Part shown: piece by piece, positions 32,601 to 40,665 of the stretch
Position numbering within the stretch: the first letter of the stretch is position 1
How the letters are laid out: each line of letters opens with the position of its first letter
NCBI GenBank assembly: GCA_964609775.1
Contig: CAZSSJ010000001.1
Coordinates: forward strand, 22,858-86,857
Reading direction: 5' to 3'
Length of the DNA stretch: 64,000 nucleotides
Source of the DNA: an uncultured Gammaproteobacteria bacterium
Lineage (GTDB): Bacteria; Patescibacteriota; Microgenomatia; JAMCZE01
Program-made: the position numbers and the translations under genes
Notes under the pieces: model-generated
Seen by the model: only the letters and a program-made list of their open reading frames with translations
Database searches by the model: none
Told to the model about the DNA's origin: nothing

Positions 32601-32993
32601 TCCCCCACGGGGACACTTCTTTCGGCCACCTATCTGGGGGGGTCCTCAGGGGAGGGCCTGGAGGGCACGGCCCTTGATTCTTCGGGTAATGTCTTTGTCT
32701 CGGGGGCGACCTATTCAACAAACTTCCCGACGAGTTCCGGAGCCTTTCAAACAAGTAATAAGGGCAGAGCTGACGTTTTTGCGGCGAAACTTTCGCCGGA
32801 TCTCAAAAGTCTTCTTTTCAGCACCTACCTGGGCGGCACGGGCGATGACCTGGGTCGGTCAGCAACGGTCGATTCTGCGGGCAACTTCCTGGTGGTGGGA
32901 CTCGAATATTCTTCCAATTTGCCGACGAAAAGTGCTTTCCAGATAACCTATGGGGGAGCCGGGGATGAGTTAATTTCTAAATTTGGTCCTTAA
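29619..32993 (+). CDS. Secreted multidomain protein (TTG start): signal peptide; right-handed parallel beta-helix (pectate-lyase-like) domain; poly-Pro linker; dockerin-like repeat (GDVNGDGKVDFADL...DGKINSLDFA); bacterial Ig-like domain; C-terminal SBBP beta-propeller repeats.
   Basis: MKKHLSLIIFFVFIFSGFFVFAPAPLWASG; beta-helix NxxGxxxxG repeats; PPPPPPPPPPPPS; dockerin Ca-binding loop motif; repeated D.SGN.Y..G.T.S.N.PT..GA.Q units. Confidence 0.75.
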   Translation: MKKHLSLIIFFVFIFSGFFVFAPAPLWASGATYYVATSGSDTNSGTQSAPWATLQKALGSISSGDMVIIRGGIYRQPGSMIGYPYKSFGPAGTAGNLTTFKSYPGERVIITGPNNDLIQIAVADYVRIDSLWFGGDYVTGIKGPVFQISGVGKEIVNNTFFNWPSGPLMGWGENVLFQGNRLVNTGRDVHTAGTYFSSGYATDGKLSNHIIADHNIYIGNNISAGYGFQFWHGGKSMIATRNFVAGHSWGSAIDGDSQLWANNFYWKQTGKDSDIDTVINPYGPLSGGSNQKYINNIFGPSAWFYYANAWKATQAEIDTKLSNNAFTDDPSYLPGSGGPTCKKPCGVSPYVFHQGQESAEIGISAAALDKAVGTISQAFLNPLDTIYSDTTVESSFQQIRSAQVPTTSPLYRKGLPWFGQAIDIGWNVPAPASVCDYWAAFTKLGLKHYDKYGSVLPDYSCTSPTPPPPPPPPPPPSTVTGDVNGDGKVDFADLQALLLNILGTVTAQLDLIVDGKINSLDFAVSSGEIINANPPPPGDTQAPVTVITAPAGGQTVSGTFSVVASATDNVGVTKVEFYIDGAIKNTDTGVPYGFNLDTTQLTNAAHTVYSKAYDAAGNVGSSSSITFTVSNTAPPPQTMTLNLSSYFGGSGEDSARDVVTDSQGNAYVVGGLGSATIQTTQTFKKTGTCAVSWTGNGGKDMDAYVMKISPTNQLVWSTRIGGPCYDRSYGVELDSSGNIYLTGRAGPNFPTTSGTFQPGFYGFNSGSAYGEQNAFVAKVSPTGALVWASYVGSTDGNRDIAVDGSGDVYIGTGFNSATQKPLSGLAWFSSAISKAFQVVNNRGFEGLIVKIKSDGSQVVWASFYGGTGNEGATPSIRVDRNGYVYYLTNTTSTNLPVKNAFKSTLGGTIDMALVKFHFDSGVGKLVTDYSTYFGGSDVEFTETHGLAVDVSGNAYIAATTKSTNLTTTTGAYQRTYGGSGGSGNYPGDGFVAKFSPTGTLLSATYLGGSSGEGLEGTALDSSGNVFVSGATYSTNFPTSSGAFQTSNKGRADVFAAKLSPDLKSLLFSTYLGGTGDDLGRSATVDSAGNFLVVGLEYSSNLPTKSAFQITYGGAGDELISKFGP

Positions 32994-32997
32994 ATCT

Positions 32998-34257
32998 ATG
33001 ATAAATTTAACTATGCCACAAATGCCAGAGCGCTTTTCCAGGTCCGGAGTTATTCCGATTAAACTTGTTATTCTCCTTTTATTGCTGGCGCTGCCGCTGC
33101 TGCTTCTGGCGTTGAACTCGAAGACGAATCTTTTAGGCCTGGCTGGAGCTTCGGCCAACCTGGCAGTCTATCCGGCCACCCAAGCTAATGTGGTCGTCGG
33201 GGACCCCGTCTCTTTCACTGTTTCGCTGACGACCGGTGGGGCCAGCGTCCGGGGAGCGGACGTGATCATTAACTACGACAAGACAAAGTTGGCTCTGGTG
33301 GACATTACGCCCAATGACGCTTCCTTTAAAACCTTTGGCCCGCAAACCGCCGGGGGAGTCTTCGATGCTTCTCGGGTTATCAGTGTGGCCAGTCAAAGCG
33401 GCCGGATTGAGTTTAGCTCTTTGGCCTTTGATCCGTCGCAATCAGGTAACGGTCAGCAAGGCTTGACGGCGCTTTTTAACGGCACGACGACGCTAGTCAA
33501 TCTCAAGTTCCTGGCGCTCTCCGCCGGCAGCAATATTCCCCTGACTTTTGGCTACACCGCCAGCAGCACGACCGATTCGAATGTGGCTCTGGACGGCGGC
33601 CAGGACGTCTTGGGCTCGGTCACAAACGCCGCGATTACGATTGTCAATCCCACGGTCCAAGATAGCCAGGCTCCAACAACAGCGGTGACGACGCCAACGG
33701 CCGACCAAACAGTGGCCGGGACGGTGATCCTTGCCGCCACAGCCACAGACAACGTGGGGGTGACAAAAGTGGAGTTTGTCCTGGACGGAGCGGTCAGGGG
33801 TTCGGACACCACTTCTCCCTACACTCTTTCCTGGGACTCAAAGACGGTTTCGGACGGCAGCCACTCCGTCCTGACCAAAGCCTATGACGCGGCCGGCAAT
33901 GTGGGCACTTCGCCAGCTATTAGCTTTAAAGTGGTTAACACGGTTGTGAGCAAGACGATGAGAGTGAGCCAGATTGTTTATGAAGTCCGCGGCCAAAAGC
34001 TTGATGATGGGGTTCTGGTTGTCGATGCGGCCGGCAAGGGGCTGGGCGGAGCCCTGGTTTCCCGAACGGTGACTAACGAGGCCCAGACTCTGACCTATAA
34101 ACTCTCTTCCAAAACGGCGACTAACGGTTGGACCGGCTCAACCATCACCAAAAAAGCCGCCCCGGGGTGCTATTCGGAGAAAATCACCGCCGTCACTCTC
34201 TCCGGCTACACCTTTGATGGTGTTACTCCGCAAAACCAATATTGCACCAAGAGGTAG
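32998..34257 (+). CDS. Cohesin-domain protein with an Ig-like domain. N-terminal TM/signal anchor. The ORF is open from 32983.
   Basis: LAVYPATQANVVVGDPVSFTVSLTTGGASVRGADVIINYDKTKLALVDI (cohesin-type pattern); the Ig-like segment TATDNVGVTKVEF.LDGA...DT..PY is shared with the upstream dockerin protein. Confidence 0.6.
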   Translation: MINLTMPQMPERFSRSGVIPIKLVILLLLLALPLLLLALNSKTNLLGLAGASANLAVYPATQANVVVGDPVSFTVSLTTGGASVRGADVIINYDKTKLALVDITPNDASFKTFGPQTAGGVFDASRVISVASQSGRIEFSSLAFDPSQSGNGQQGLTALFNGTTTLVNLKFLALSAGSNIPLTFGYTASSTTDSNVALDGGQDVLGSVTNAAITIVNPTVQDSQAPTTAVTTPTADQTVAGTVILAATATDNVGVTKVEFVLDGAVRGSDTTSPYTLSWDSKTVSDGSHSVLTKAYDAAGNVGTSPAISFKVVNTVVSKTMRVSQIVYEVRGQKLDDGVLVVDAAGKGLGGALVSRTVTNEAQTLTYKLSSKTATNGWTGSTITKKAAPGCYSEKITAVTLSGYTFDGVTPQNQYCTKR

Positions 34258-34273
34258 AAAGTTAGCCTATGAT

Positions 34274-36073
34274 ATGAGGCAAGAGAGAGCCTTTAGAAAG
34301 AGATTGTTTTGGAGGCGGGGTTTGACTTCAGTTCTGGCGCCGGTGGCTCTTTTTTTGGTTTTGATTCTGGGAGTGGTGGCGATTAATTTCGGGCTGAATT
34401 CATCAACGAGTCCGGAGCCACGAGCCGACGGAGGGACAAATGTCGTTGTGACCGGAACAGTGCAGCGGTCGCCATGGCTGCGGCTGCGGAAACCGGACTA
34501 TCGGCTGGTCAAGACGGATAATGGCAAGGACTACTATTTGACCACGACCAGCACGGGAATTAATCTCCGGACCTATGAGGGGAAAAAAGTCGTTGTGACA
34601 GGGACGGAGACAACGACGGCTAAGTGGGGGCTGACGCTGTTTGTCAAGGACATTAAGGTGTTTGTGGCCCCGCCGCCACCATATCCGGCGCAGAAGAAGG
34701 TGGACACCTCAAAGACGGTGATGTATCAAGTGTGGTTGAATTATTACGCCCAGAATGTCTCCGAGGATCAGCCGTCGATGGTGGTGTTTGAGAATGCGGC
34801 CCGGAGGTTGCCGGACCTGGCGAAGATGGGCGTGACCACAATTCAGCTTTCGCCGGTGCACCCGTTTTTGTCAGGGACGACCATTGGGTCGCCATATGGT
34901 TCACGGGACTACTATGACGTCAATCCGGGTTATGCCGGGTTCACAAATCCACAAACCGATCCGGGAACGAAAAGTGAGCGGATCGCCGCCTTTAAAAAAT
35001 ATGTTGAGGCGGCCCACGGTCAGGGGATGAAGGTGATCATGGACTGTGTCTATCACAGCACCGATGCCCGCAATGTTCTGGTGGCGGCGTATCCGGAATA
35101 TTACAAACATAATGCCGACGGCCGTTTTGTCCAGAATCAATACGGGTTTTATGTTTTGGACTACGCTCAATCCGAGCTTGTCGACTATATGATTTCGATG
35201 GTGAAATACTGGAAACAGACGGTGGGAGTGGACGGGTGTCGGGCGGACGTGGCGACGATGGTGCCGCTTGCTTTCTGGGCAGCCTTAAATAACGAGATGA
35301 AAAAGATTGATCCCGGGTGGCTCATGATTGCGGAAACGACAGCAAATCTGGTTTCGTATAGCGGGCCGTACAGCGGTCCGGGATATAAGGGGGAAACGTA
35401 TGACAAGATCTATGGTTTTGACGGGATATATGGGGTGACTTATATGCTGGCTTCACGGGCGATTCTTAACGGAAGTCGCATGGCTGATGTCCTGGAGACG
35501 GCCTGGGAGTTTCCGCAAAACGGCACGGCAGCGGTTCCGGGAGGAATTTTTTACCGGTCGGTGGACAATCATGATCAGCGGCCAAGAGCAACGCTTCTGG
35601 CTGGAGGGAATGCCGGGATGGTGGCTTCGGTGGCGGTCAACTTGACGCTTGACGGGATTCCGTTTATTTTTAATGGCCAGGAGATCGGGGATGTGGCGCC
35701 GACGAGCATTGCGGTTCAAAGATTTATTTCCTGGAGTCATCCGCTTGCACCCCAGAATGGAGAGGCTTTTGAGAAACTGATTTCACTTCGACGAAATCGT
35801 CCGGCTTTAAACAGCGGGACGACAGTTTGGCTTGATAATTCAAATCCGGCAGGAGTTGTGTCGTATGTCAGGCAGAGCGGGAGTGACCGGGTGTTGGTGG
35901 TGGCGAATCTTTCGGGGACAGACTGGAGCGGAACGGTGAGCGGAACAACGGGAGCAAGCCTTAGTGGCCAGGGAAAAGATCTCATCTCCGGTCTGAGCGT
36001 GTCTTCGGCGGTTAACAACGTGATGACGCTTTCACTCCCGGCCTATTCTTATGTTGTTATCCAAATTCAGTAG
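34274..36073 (+). CDS. GH13 alpha-amylase-family glycoside hydrolase, membrane-anchored or secreted. The ORF is open from TTG at 34214; ATG at 34274 lies after the upstream stop.
   Basis: GH13 conserved regions: QLSPVHPF...GYAGF, KVIMDCVYHST, GVDGCRADVA (catalytic Asp), FNGQEIG, VDNHDQ. Confidence 0.8.
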   Translation: MRQERAFRKRLFWRRGLTSVLAPVALFLVLILGVVAINFGLNSSTSPEPRADGGTNVVVTGTVQRSPWLRLRKPDYRLVKTDNGKDYYLTTTSTGINLRTYEGKKVVVTGTETTTAKWGLTLFVKDIKVFVAPPPPYPAQKKVDTSKTVMYQVWLNYYAQNVSEDQPSMVVFENAARRLPDLAKMGVTTIQLSPVHPFLSGTTIGSPYGSRDYYDVNPGYAGFTNPQTDPGTKSERIAAFKKYVEAAHGQGMKVIMDCVYHSTDARNVLVAAYPEYYKHNADGRFVQNQYGFYVLDYAQSELVDYMISMVKYWKQTVGVDGCRADVATMVPLAFWAALNNEMKKIDPGWLMIAETTANLVSYSGPYSGPGYKGETYDKIYGFDGIYGVTYMLASRAILNGSRMADVLETAWEFPQNGTAAVPGGIFYRSVDNHDQRPRATLLAGGNAGMVASVAVNLTLDGIPFIFNGQEIGDVAPTSIAVQRFISWSHPLAPQNGEAFEKLISLRRNRPALNSGTTVWLDNSNPAGVVSYVRQSGSDRVLVVANLSGTDWSGTVSGTTGASLSGQGKDLISGLSVSSAVNNVMTLSLPAYSYVVIQIQ

Positions 36074-36357
36074 AATTTTTCGGGTTCAGACGGGATGGCA
36101 AAAGTTGAATTTGAGTTTAAACAATTAAATTTCCTTTATTCTTCTGCCTCTGCTCCTTTAAGATATGTTTGGTTTTTTGATTCCTCTGCTGACGCTGCTG
36201 TTTGTTTTGACCGCACGTTCTGGGCGAGACGGACAGATTGTGAAGACGGTGACGCCGGCGGTGGTGATGATTTTTCTTTTGGCTTCGGGAGGTGAGAGCG
36301 GGAAACTTGACTCCATCCAAATTTTTTGCTAATATTCCTTGACTGTGGTCAAAACAG

Positions 36358-37566
36358 ATGCAAGCCTTAATTGAAACCTACCATCGTTTACTTTCGGAAA
36401 TAGTACCGTCCTACTGGCGCCGGTTCTATGACGAGTTTGTCATGGATAGCCGGATGGTCGGCATTGTTGGGGCAAGAGGGGTGGGAAAGACCACGTTTCT
36501 TGTTAGCTATCTGCGGGAACACTACGGCGGTTCGGACAGGTCACTCTACGTCTCGGCGGACAACCTCTATTTTGTGGAGCATACTTTGATTGAAGTGGCG
36601 GATCAATTTGTCAAGGACTTCGCCGGGGAGATTTTGTGCATTGACGAGATTCACCGCTATAGGAATTGGAATCAGGAACTGAAAAATATTTACGACTCCT
36701 ACCCTAAACTGTCAGTAATATTTTCAGGGAGTTCGAGTGTTGATCTGGTGAAAGGGAAGTATGATCTATCCCGCCGGGCTAACTTGAAAACGATGTATGG
36801 CTTTTCCTTCCGGGAATATCTGGAGGTTTGGGAGAAAGCTAAATACCCGATTCTGACGCTGGCGGAAATTCGCACTAATCACACGATGTATGCTCAGGAA
36901 TTAATGAAGACGCCAAAAATCCTTGGTTATCTGAAACAGTATCTTAAGGGAGGTTACTACCCGACGTTTTTGGAAATGGGGAGCTACGGCGCCTATCAAA
37001 GCAGCCTGCGGGGGATTATTGACAAGATTATCTTTGAAGATATCAGTAGTTTTTATTCTTTAAATACCTCTAATTTGGACACTCTTAAGAAGATAATTTA
37101 TTTCTTTGGGACTGCCCAGCCCGGGACTGTTAACATCAACCGCCTGGCCGGAAGTTTAAAGAAGGACTATACCACAATTGCGGAGTATGTGCAGATTTTA
37201 AGAGATACCGGACTTCTTCGTTTTCTCCGGCGGAACAAACAAGGCCATGCTTTAGTGCGGGATGCAGAAAAGATTTATCTGGACAATCCGAATCTCCTTT
37301 ACGCTGTTAATCAGGAGGTAGGGAAGGAGCCACTGGTTGGAGTTTCGCGGGAGCTCTTTGTGATTGGCAGTTTGGAAAACGCAGACTACCACGTGTTTTT
37401 TTCTGAGGCGGCGGACGTTGAATGCGACGGGCACCTTTTTGAGATTGGGGGGAAGAACAAAACCGCCTCGCAGTTGAAAGGGAAAGAAGGATATTTAATT
37501 AGTGATGATGTCCTTGTTGGCGACTCCAGAACCATTCCCCTTTATTTGTTTGGGTTTTTGTCTTAA
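36358..37566 (+). CDS. AAA+ ATPase, AAA_14 + DUF4143 family (second, divergent copy)
   Basis: GARGVGKTTFL Walker A, ILCIDEIH Walker B; sigma70-like promoter TTGACT-17-TAATAT at about 36310..36340. Confidence 0.8.
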   Translation: MQALIETYHRLLSEIVPSYWRRFYDEFVMDSRMVGIVGARGVGKTTFLVSYLREHYGGSDRSLYVSADNLYFVEHTLIEVADQFVKDFAGEILCIDEIHRYRNWNQELKNIYDSYPKLSVIFSGSSSVDLVKGKYDLSRRANLKTMYGFSFREYLEVWEKAKYPILTLAEIRTNHTMYAQELMKTPKILGYLKQYLKGGYYPTFLEMGSYGAYQSSLRGIIDKIIFEDISSFYSLNTSNLDTLKKIIYFFGTAQPGTVNINRLAGSLKKDYTTIAEYVQILRDTGLLRFLRRNKQGHALVRDAEKIYLDNPNLLYAVNQEVGKEPLVGVSRELFVIGSLENADYHVFFSEAADVECDGHLFEIGGKNKTASQLKGKEGYLISDDVLVGDSRTIPLYLFGFLS

Positions 37567-37635
37567 TCGGTGGTTGATTTTTCAACTGGGGGTTTTTGTT
37601 TGGCCTCGAAAGATGAGGATTGGGAAATGAAAATG

Positions 37636-37666
37636 TTCCATGAGTTGCGATCGCGTTTTATGGAAC
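37636..37666. repeat. GTTCCAT-N-GCGATCGC-N-ATGGAAC palindromic element, copy 1 of 5
   Basis: gttccatgagttgcgatcgcgttttatggaac; the other copies are at 44464..44495, 47173..47204, 48945..48975 and a partial one near 41545. Confidence 0.8.
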
Positions 37667-37736
37667 AAAAATGCAAGATACAGAGTGGGGAAGTTGAGGA
37701 AAAAATTACCTTGTTGGCACTAGTGTGCAAGTTGGG

Positions 37737-38414
37737 TTATTTTAGGATTTGGGGTCTTAAGCTTCGGGCGAGGGATTCATAGAATTTCTCCATGGCTTTT
37801 TGGTCAAAGGGGACGAGCATTTTGGGAAGATTCGTTATTTCCGCGGCCTTGAGGAAGCTTTGGGCCGTTTTAATAGTGTCTGTGGTGACGACGAATTTTT
37901 GGTCAGCACTGGTGAGGAGATCGGCTGCTGTCCAGTTTGTTTCTTTGATAATTAAGTAGAGGTCGACGTAATCTCGTTCACGGGCTTTGGTGCGGATCGT
38001 GTGGATCTTGTTGACGGCAATGTCGTAGAGGCTATCAATTTCGAGGCCGCGCCACCTGATTCCCGGTTTTAGACGGTTGAAGGAGTAGTGGTTAAAGTCG
38101 ACCTTGAAACGGCTGTTGTCAGGGTAGCGGAAGAAATATGTGTAGAAACCAAGGTCGTCATCGACGCTAACGTGACGGTATTCGAGGATACTTTGATTCC
38201 TTTTGATCCATTCAGTAACACGGTCGCCATTAAAGGAGCGATCGGTGAAGAAATCCAAATCGTAGGATTCCCGGTGGTGGAGGTACCAGCTGGCCAGACC
38301 GGTGCCGCCGCTTAAGTAGAAGTTATCGAGGAGATATTTTTCCTGAAGTACCAGGTCCAGAAATTGCTTCTGTCGAAGGCTAAGTCCTTCTCCTTGCGCC
38401 AGGGTTTGTTCCAT
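37737..38414 (-). CDS. AbiEii/AbiGii-like nucleotidyltransferase (type IV TA toxin family)
   Basis: FYLSGGTGLASWYLHHRESYDLDFF motif (GGTAL...HR.S.DLD). Confidence 0.7.
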   Translation of the reverse strand: MEQTLAQGEGLSLRQKQFLDLVLQEKYLLDNFYLSGGTGLASWYLHHRESYDLDFFTDRSFNGDRVTEWIKRNQSILEYRHVSVDDDLGFYTYFFRYPDNSRFKVDFNHYSFNRLKPGIRWRGLEIDSLYDIAVNKIHTIRTKARERDYVDLYLIIKETNWTAADLLTSADQKFVVTTDTIKTAQSFLKAAEITNLPKMLVPFDQKAMEKFYESLARSLRPQILK

Positions 38415-38608
38415 AGGTAGAATTCTAGCACCTTTTTCTTGTCAGGATTGAGACGATCTTTGATTTTGAACCAGGCTTTCCGGAGCTCCTTTTCCTCGAT
38501 TTTTTCGCCCTCAAGGCCATAGTTTATACGCTGGACCAAGCGCCAGAGTTTATATTCTTTAGGATGGTTTTTTTTTAAGGCTTCCTCGTCAGTGTTCCAA
38601 TTGATCAT
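38312..38608 (-). CDS. Small conserved partner protein of the AbiEii-like NTase (putative antitoxin); it overlaps the NTase start by about 100 nt, and the NTase lies in the -1 frame.
   Basis: Paralogous to 39117..39389 (NW.TDE.A.KK..PK.YKLWRL.Q.IN.GL.GEK..EKE.RKAW.KIKDRL.P); same overlap architecture in both copies. Confidence 0.55.
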   Translation of the reverse strand: MINWNTDEEALKKNHPKEYKLWRLVQRINYGLEGEKIEEKELRKAWFKIKDRLNPDKKKVLEFYLWNKPWRKEKDLAFDRSNFWTWYFRKNISSITST

Positions 38609-38719
38609 TAAATAGATTATACCTCTTAAGGAAAAGCGGGGAGGGAGGGGCGGATTTGGCAGGAAGGTTGTCGCAGCAATCTGCCGTGTGGCAGTCTGTC
38701 GGCCCAGGGAAAGAGAGCT

Positions 38720-39004
38720 TCAGGTTGCTATGATGGTTGATTTGCGACCAAAGTCGTCTTGCCAGATTTTGAGTTTTTGCCCTTTCGGATAGTGTGTCGT
38801 CACATCATTTCTTGAGTCTGGATATAGTTGGCTGACATTAAATCCTTCGCCTGGTGCCAGGGAAATGATTTCAAGTGGACTTTGTGCATCGGAAGATAAT
38901 TCCCACTTTTTTTCTCCTTGAGACAGTTCCCGGGGAAAACGGAATTTGGGTAACAGGCCTCCTTCTGGATGCCAAAAATTGTCATACTCTATCTTACAGG
39001 TCAT
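38720..39004 (-). CDS. Small ORFan protein (94 aa) whose ATG directly abuts the conserved GA-leader
   Basis: Start codon immediately follows ...TTGACAAATTAAGC(AG)6AATAAGGCT. Confidence 0.5.
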   Translation of the reverse strand: MTCKIEYDNFWHPEGGLLPKFRFPRELSQGEKKWELSSDAQSPLEIISLAPGEGFNVSQLYPDSRNDVTTHYPKGQKLKIWQDDFGRKSTIIAT

Positions 39005-39080
39005 AGCCTTATTCTCTCTCTCTCTGCTTAATTTGTCAAGCTACGCTTGACAAAACCAGCCCCGGCGTTTTTTGTCGAGT
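39005..39080. promoter_or_regulatory. Conserved bidirectional leader/promoter element (copy a): rc TTGACA-AATTAAGC-(AG)6-AATAAGG-ATG for the minus gene, plus the palindrome TTGTCAAGCtacGCTTGACAA.
   Basis: Read directly; paralogous elements at 40292, 41474, 43345, 44375, 47105, 48878 and 59345. Confidence 0.7.
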
Positions 39081-39116
39081 TTGGGAGGGGCGGGTGAGCC
39101 TGATTTATGGTAAAAT

Positions 39117-39389
39117 ATGCTTATGCTTAACTGGTCCACTGACGAAAAAGCCTTCAAGAAAAAAGACCCTAAGGGCTACAAATTGTGGAGGTTAACTCAG
39201 CTCATAAACTTCGGTCTTGACGGGGAAAAACTGTCGGAAAAAGAAGTCAGAAAAGCCTGGCCGAAGATCAAGGACAGGCTCGATCCCTACAAGGGCCGTT
39301 TGCTGGAGTTTCTTATATGGGGAAAACAATACTCACTCCCAAACAATATCAGTTTCTGGAACTGGCCGCTGCCGACCCAAAAATCGTAG
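39117..39389 (+). CDS. Small conserved partner protein (paralog of 38312..38608)
   Basis: About 45% identity to the other copy; overlaps the downstream NTase gene by 72 nt. Confidence 0.55.
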   Translation: MLMLNWSTDEKAFKKKDPKGYKLWRLTQLINFGLDGEKLSEKEVRKAWPKIKDRLDPYKGRLLEFLIWGKQYSLPNNISFWNWPLPTQKS

Positions 39390-39991
39390 CGAATTTCTAT
39401 CTCACTGGCGGCACGGCTCTGTCAGAATTTTATCTCCACCACCGCCTCTCTGAAGACATCGATCTTTTTTGCCCGAAAGAAGAAGTCGATCAAAAATTCG
39501 TAGAAATTTTCCTCAAAAAAATCTCACCAAAGATGGCAATCCAATATCTCCGCCCGACCGTATTCTTGGGTCTTGTCAGTTACAAATTGGTCTTCACGGA
39601 CAAAACAGAATTGAAAGTAGATTTTAACTATTACCCTTTCCTCCAAATCGATAGTGGTACCAAATTTAATAATCTGAGTGTCGACAGCCTTTATGATATT
39701 GCGGCAAACAAACTGCACACTCTTTTTATGAGACCACGATCGCGCGATTACGTGGATCTTTATTTTATTCTCCAGCAAGAAAATTATCCGTTAGAAAAGC
39801 TGATAATCGACGCCAAAATCAAGTTCGACTGGCACATTGATAACACGACTCTCGCCAGTCAATTCTCAAGAGTGCAAGATTTAGTTTCAACCGATTTACC
39901 AAAAATGCTCGTTCCTTTTGATCAAGAAAAGATGGAAAAATTTTTTCTTGATCTGGCGAAATCGCTCAAAGGAAAGATATTTAAAGAGTGA
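39317..39991 (+). CDS. AbiEii/AbiGii-like nucleotidyltransferase (second copy)
   Basis: FYLTGGTALSEFYLHHRLSEDIDLF motif. Confidence 0.7.
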   Translation: MGKTILTPKQYQFLELAAADPKIVANFYLTGGTALSEFYLHHRLSEDIDLFCPKEEVDQKFVEIFLKKISPKMAIQYLRPTVFLGLVSYKLVFTDKTELKVDFNYYPFLQIDSGTKFNNLSVDSLYDIAANKLHTLFMRPRSRDYVDLYFILQQENYPLEKLIIDAKIKFDWHIDNTTLASQFSRVQDLVSTDLPKMLVPFDQEKMEKFFLDLAKSLKGKIFKE

Positions 39992-40045
39992 GCAGGGTTG
40001 GGGCAAATTGCTTCGGAAAGCAGGGGCAGGTGGCTGACAGACACC

Positions 40046-40291
40046 TTAATAATTATCAAGAATTTTTTTGGCCTTTATTTTTCGTTTTTCTGCTTCTGGA
40101 CTGATTTTTAATTTTTGGTCGAATGGCGCTTTTTGGTAGTAGGGATGGCTGTATTTTGGAGTTTTGCTAAATTTCTCTGGCACGTTCTTCCAGCCACATG
40201 TAAGAAGTACTCTCGTCGCTGGACGCGGTTTGATTGGTTTTATTAAGTGAAGAGATTGTTCAGACACCCCTTCAGACACCCCTTCAGACAC
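40046..40291 (-). CDS. Small ORFan (81 aa, GTG start) behind GA-leader copy b. The start is ambiguous: an ATG 2 nt upstream, in another frame, would give only a 16-aa peptide.
   Basis: The leader ...(AG)12AATAAAC is followed by an ATG overlapping the GTG; the N-terminus contains the tandem SEGV repeat. Confidence 0.35.
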   Translation of the reverse strand: MSEGVSEGVSEQSLHLIKPIKPRPATRVLLTCGWKNVPEKFSKTPKYSHPYYQKAPFDQKLKISPEAEKRKIKAKKILDNY

Positions 40292-40345
40292 ATGTTTATT
40301 CTCTCTCTCTCTCTCTCTCTCTGCTTAATTTGTCAAGTTGGGACT
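40292..40345. promoter_or_regulatory. GA-leader copy b, with (CT)12 on the plus strand
   Basis: gtttatt(ct)12gcttaatttgtcaag. Confidence 0.7.
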
Positions 40346-40410
40346 GGCTGGGAATCGGAGGAAGGAAATCGCATCTTGACATCATTGCATCTTGATGAGA
40401 AAATGTGGGT

Positions 40411-40665
40411 ATGAACACAGTCAGAACGACGATTTCGCTGGAGGCGGATTTACACCGGCAAGTTTTGGCACAGGCCAACAACCTGGGCTTGTCCATGAGC
40501 GAAGTTGTTAACAAGCGACTGATGAATCCTAACTTCGGGAAGAGCCGGGCCCAGATTGAGGAAAAAATTGCTGAGGACCGGCGCTTTTTCAGGCAGTTGT
40601 CTCACAAGGGAAGAAAAGTTGATTTAGTTAAGGCTTTGAGAGAGGACCGGGACCGTGACAGTTGA
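40411..40665 (+). CDS. vapB: VapB-type ribbon-helix-helix antitoxin. The ORF is open from GTG at 40405.
   Basis: N-terminal TISLEADLHRQV... RHH motif; own TTGACA-17-GAAAAT promoter directly upstream; overlaps vapC by 11 nt. Confidence 0.7.
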   Translation: MNTVRTTISLEADLHRQVLAQANNLGLSMSEVVNKRLMNPNFGKSRAQIEEKIAEDRRFFRQLSHKGRKVDLVKALREDRDRDS

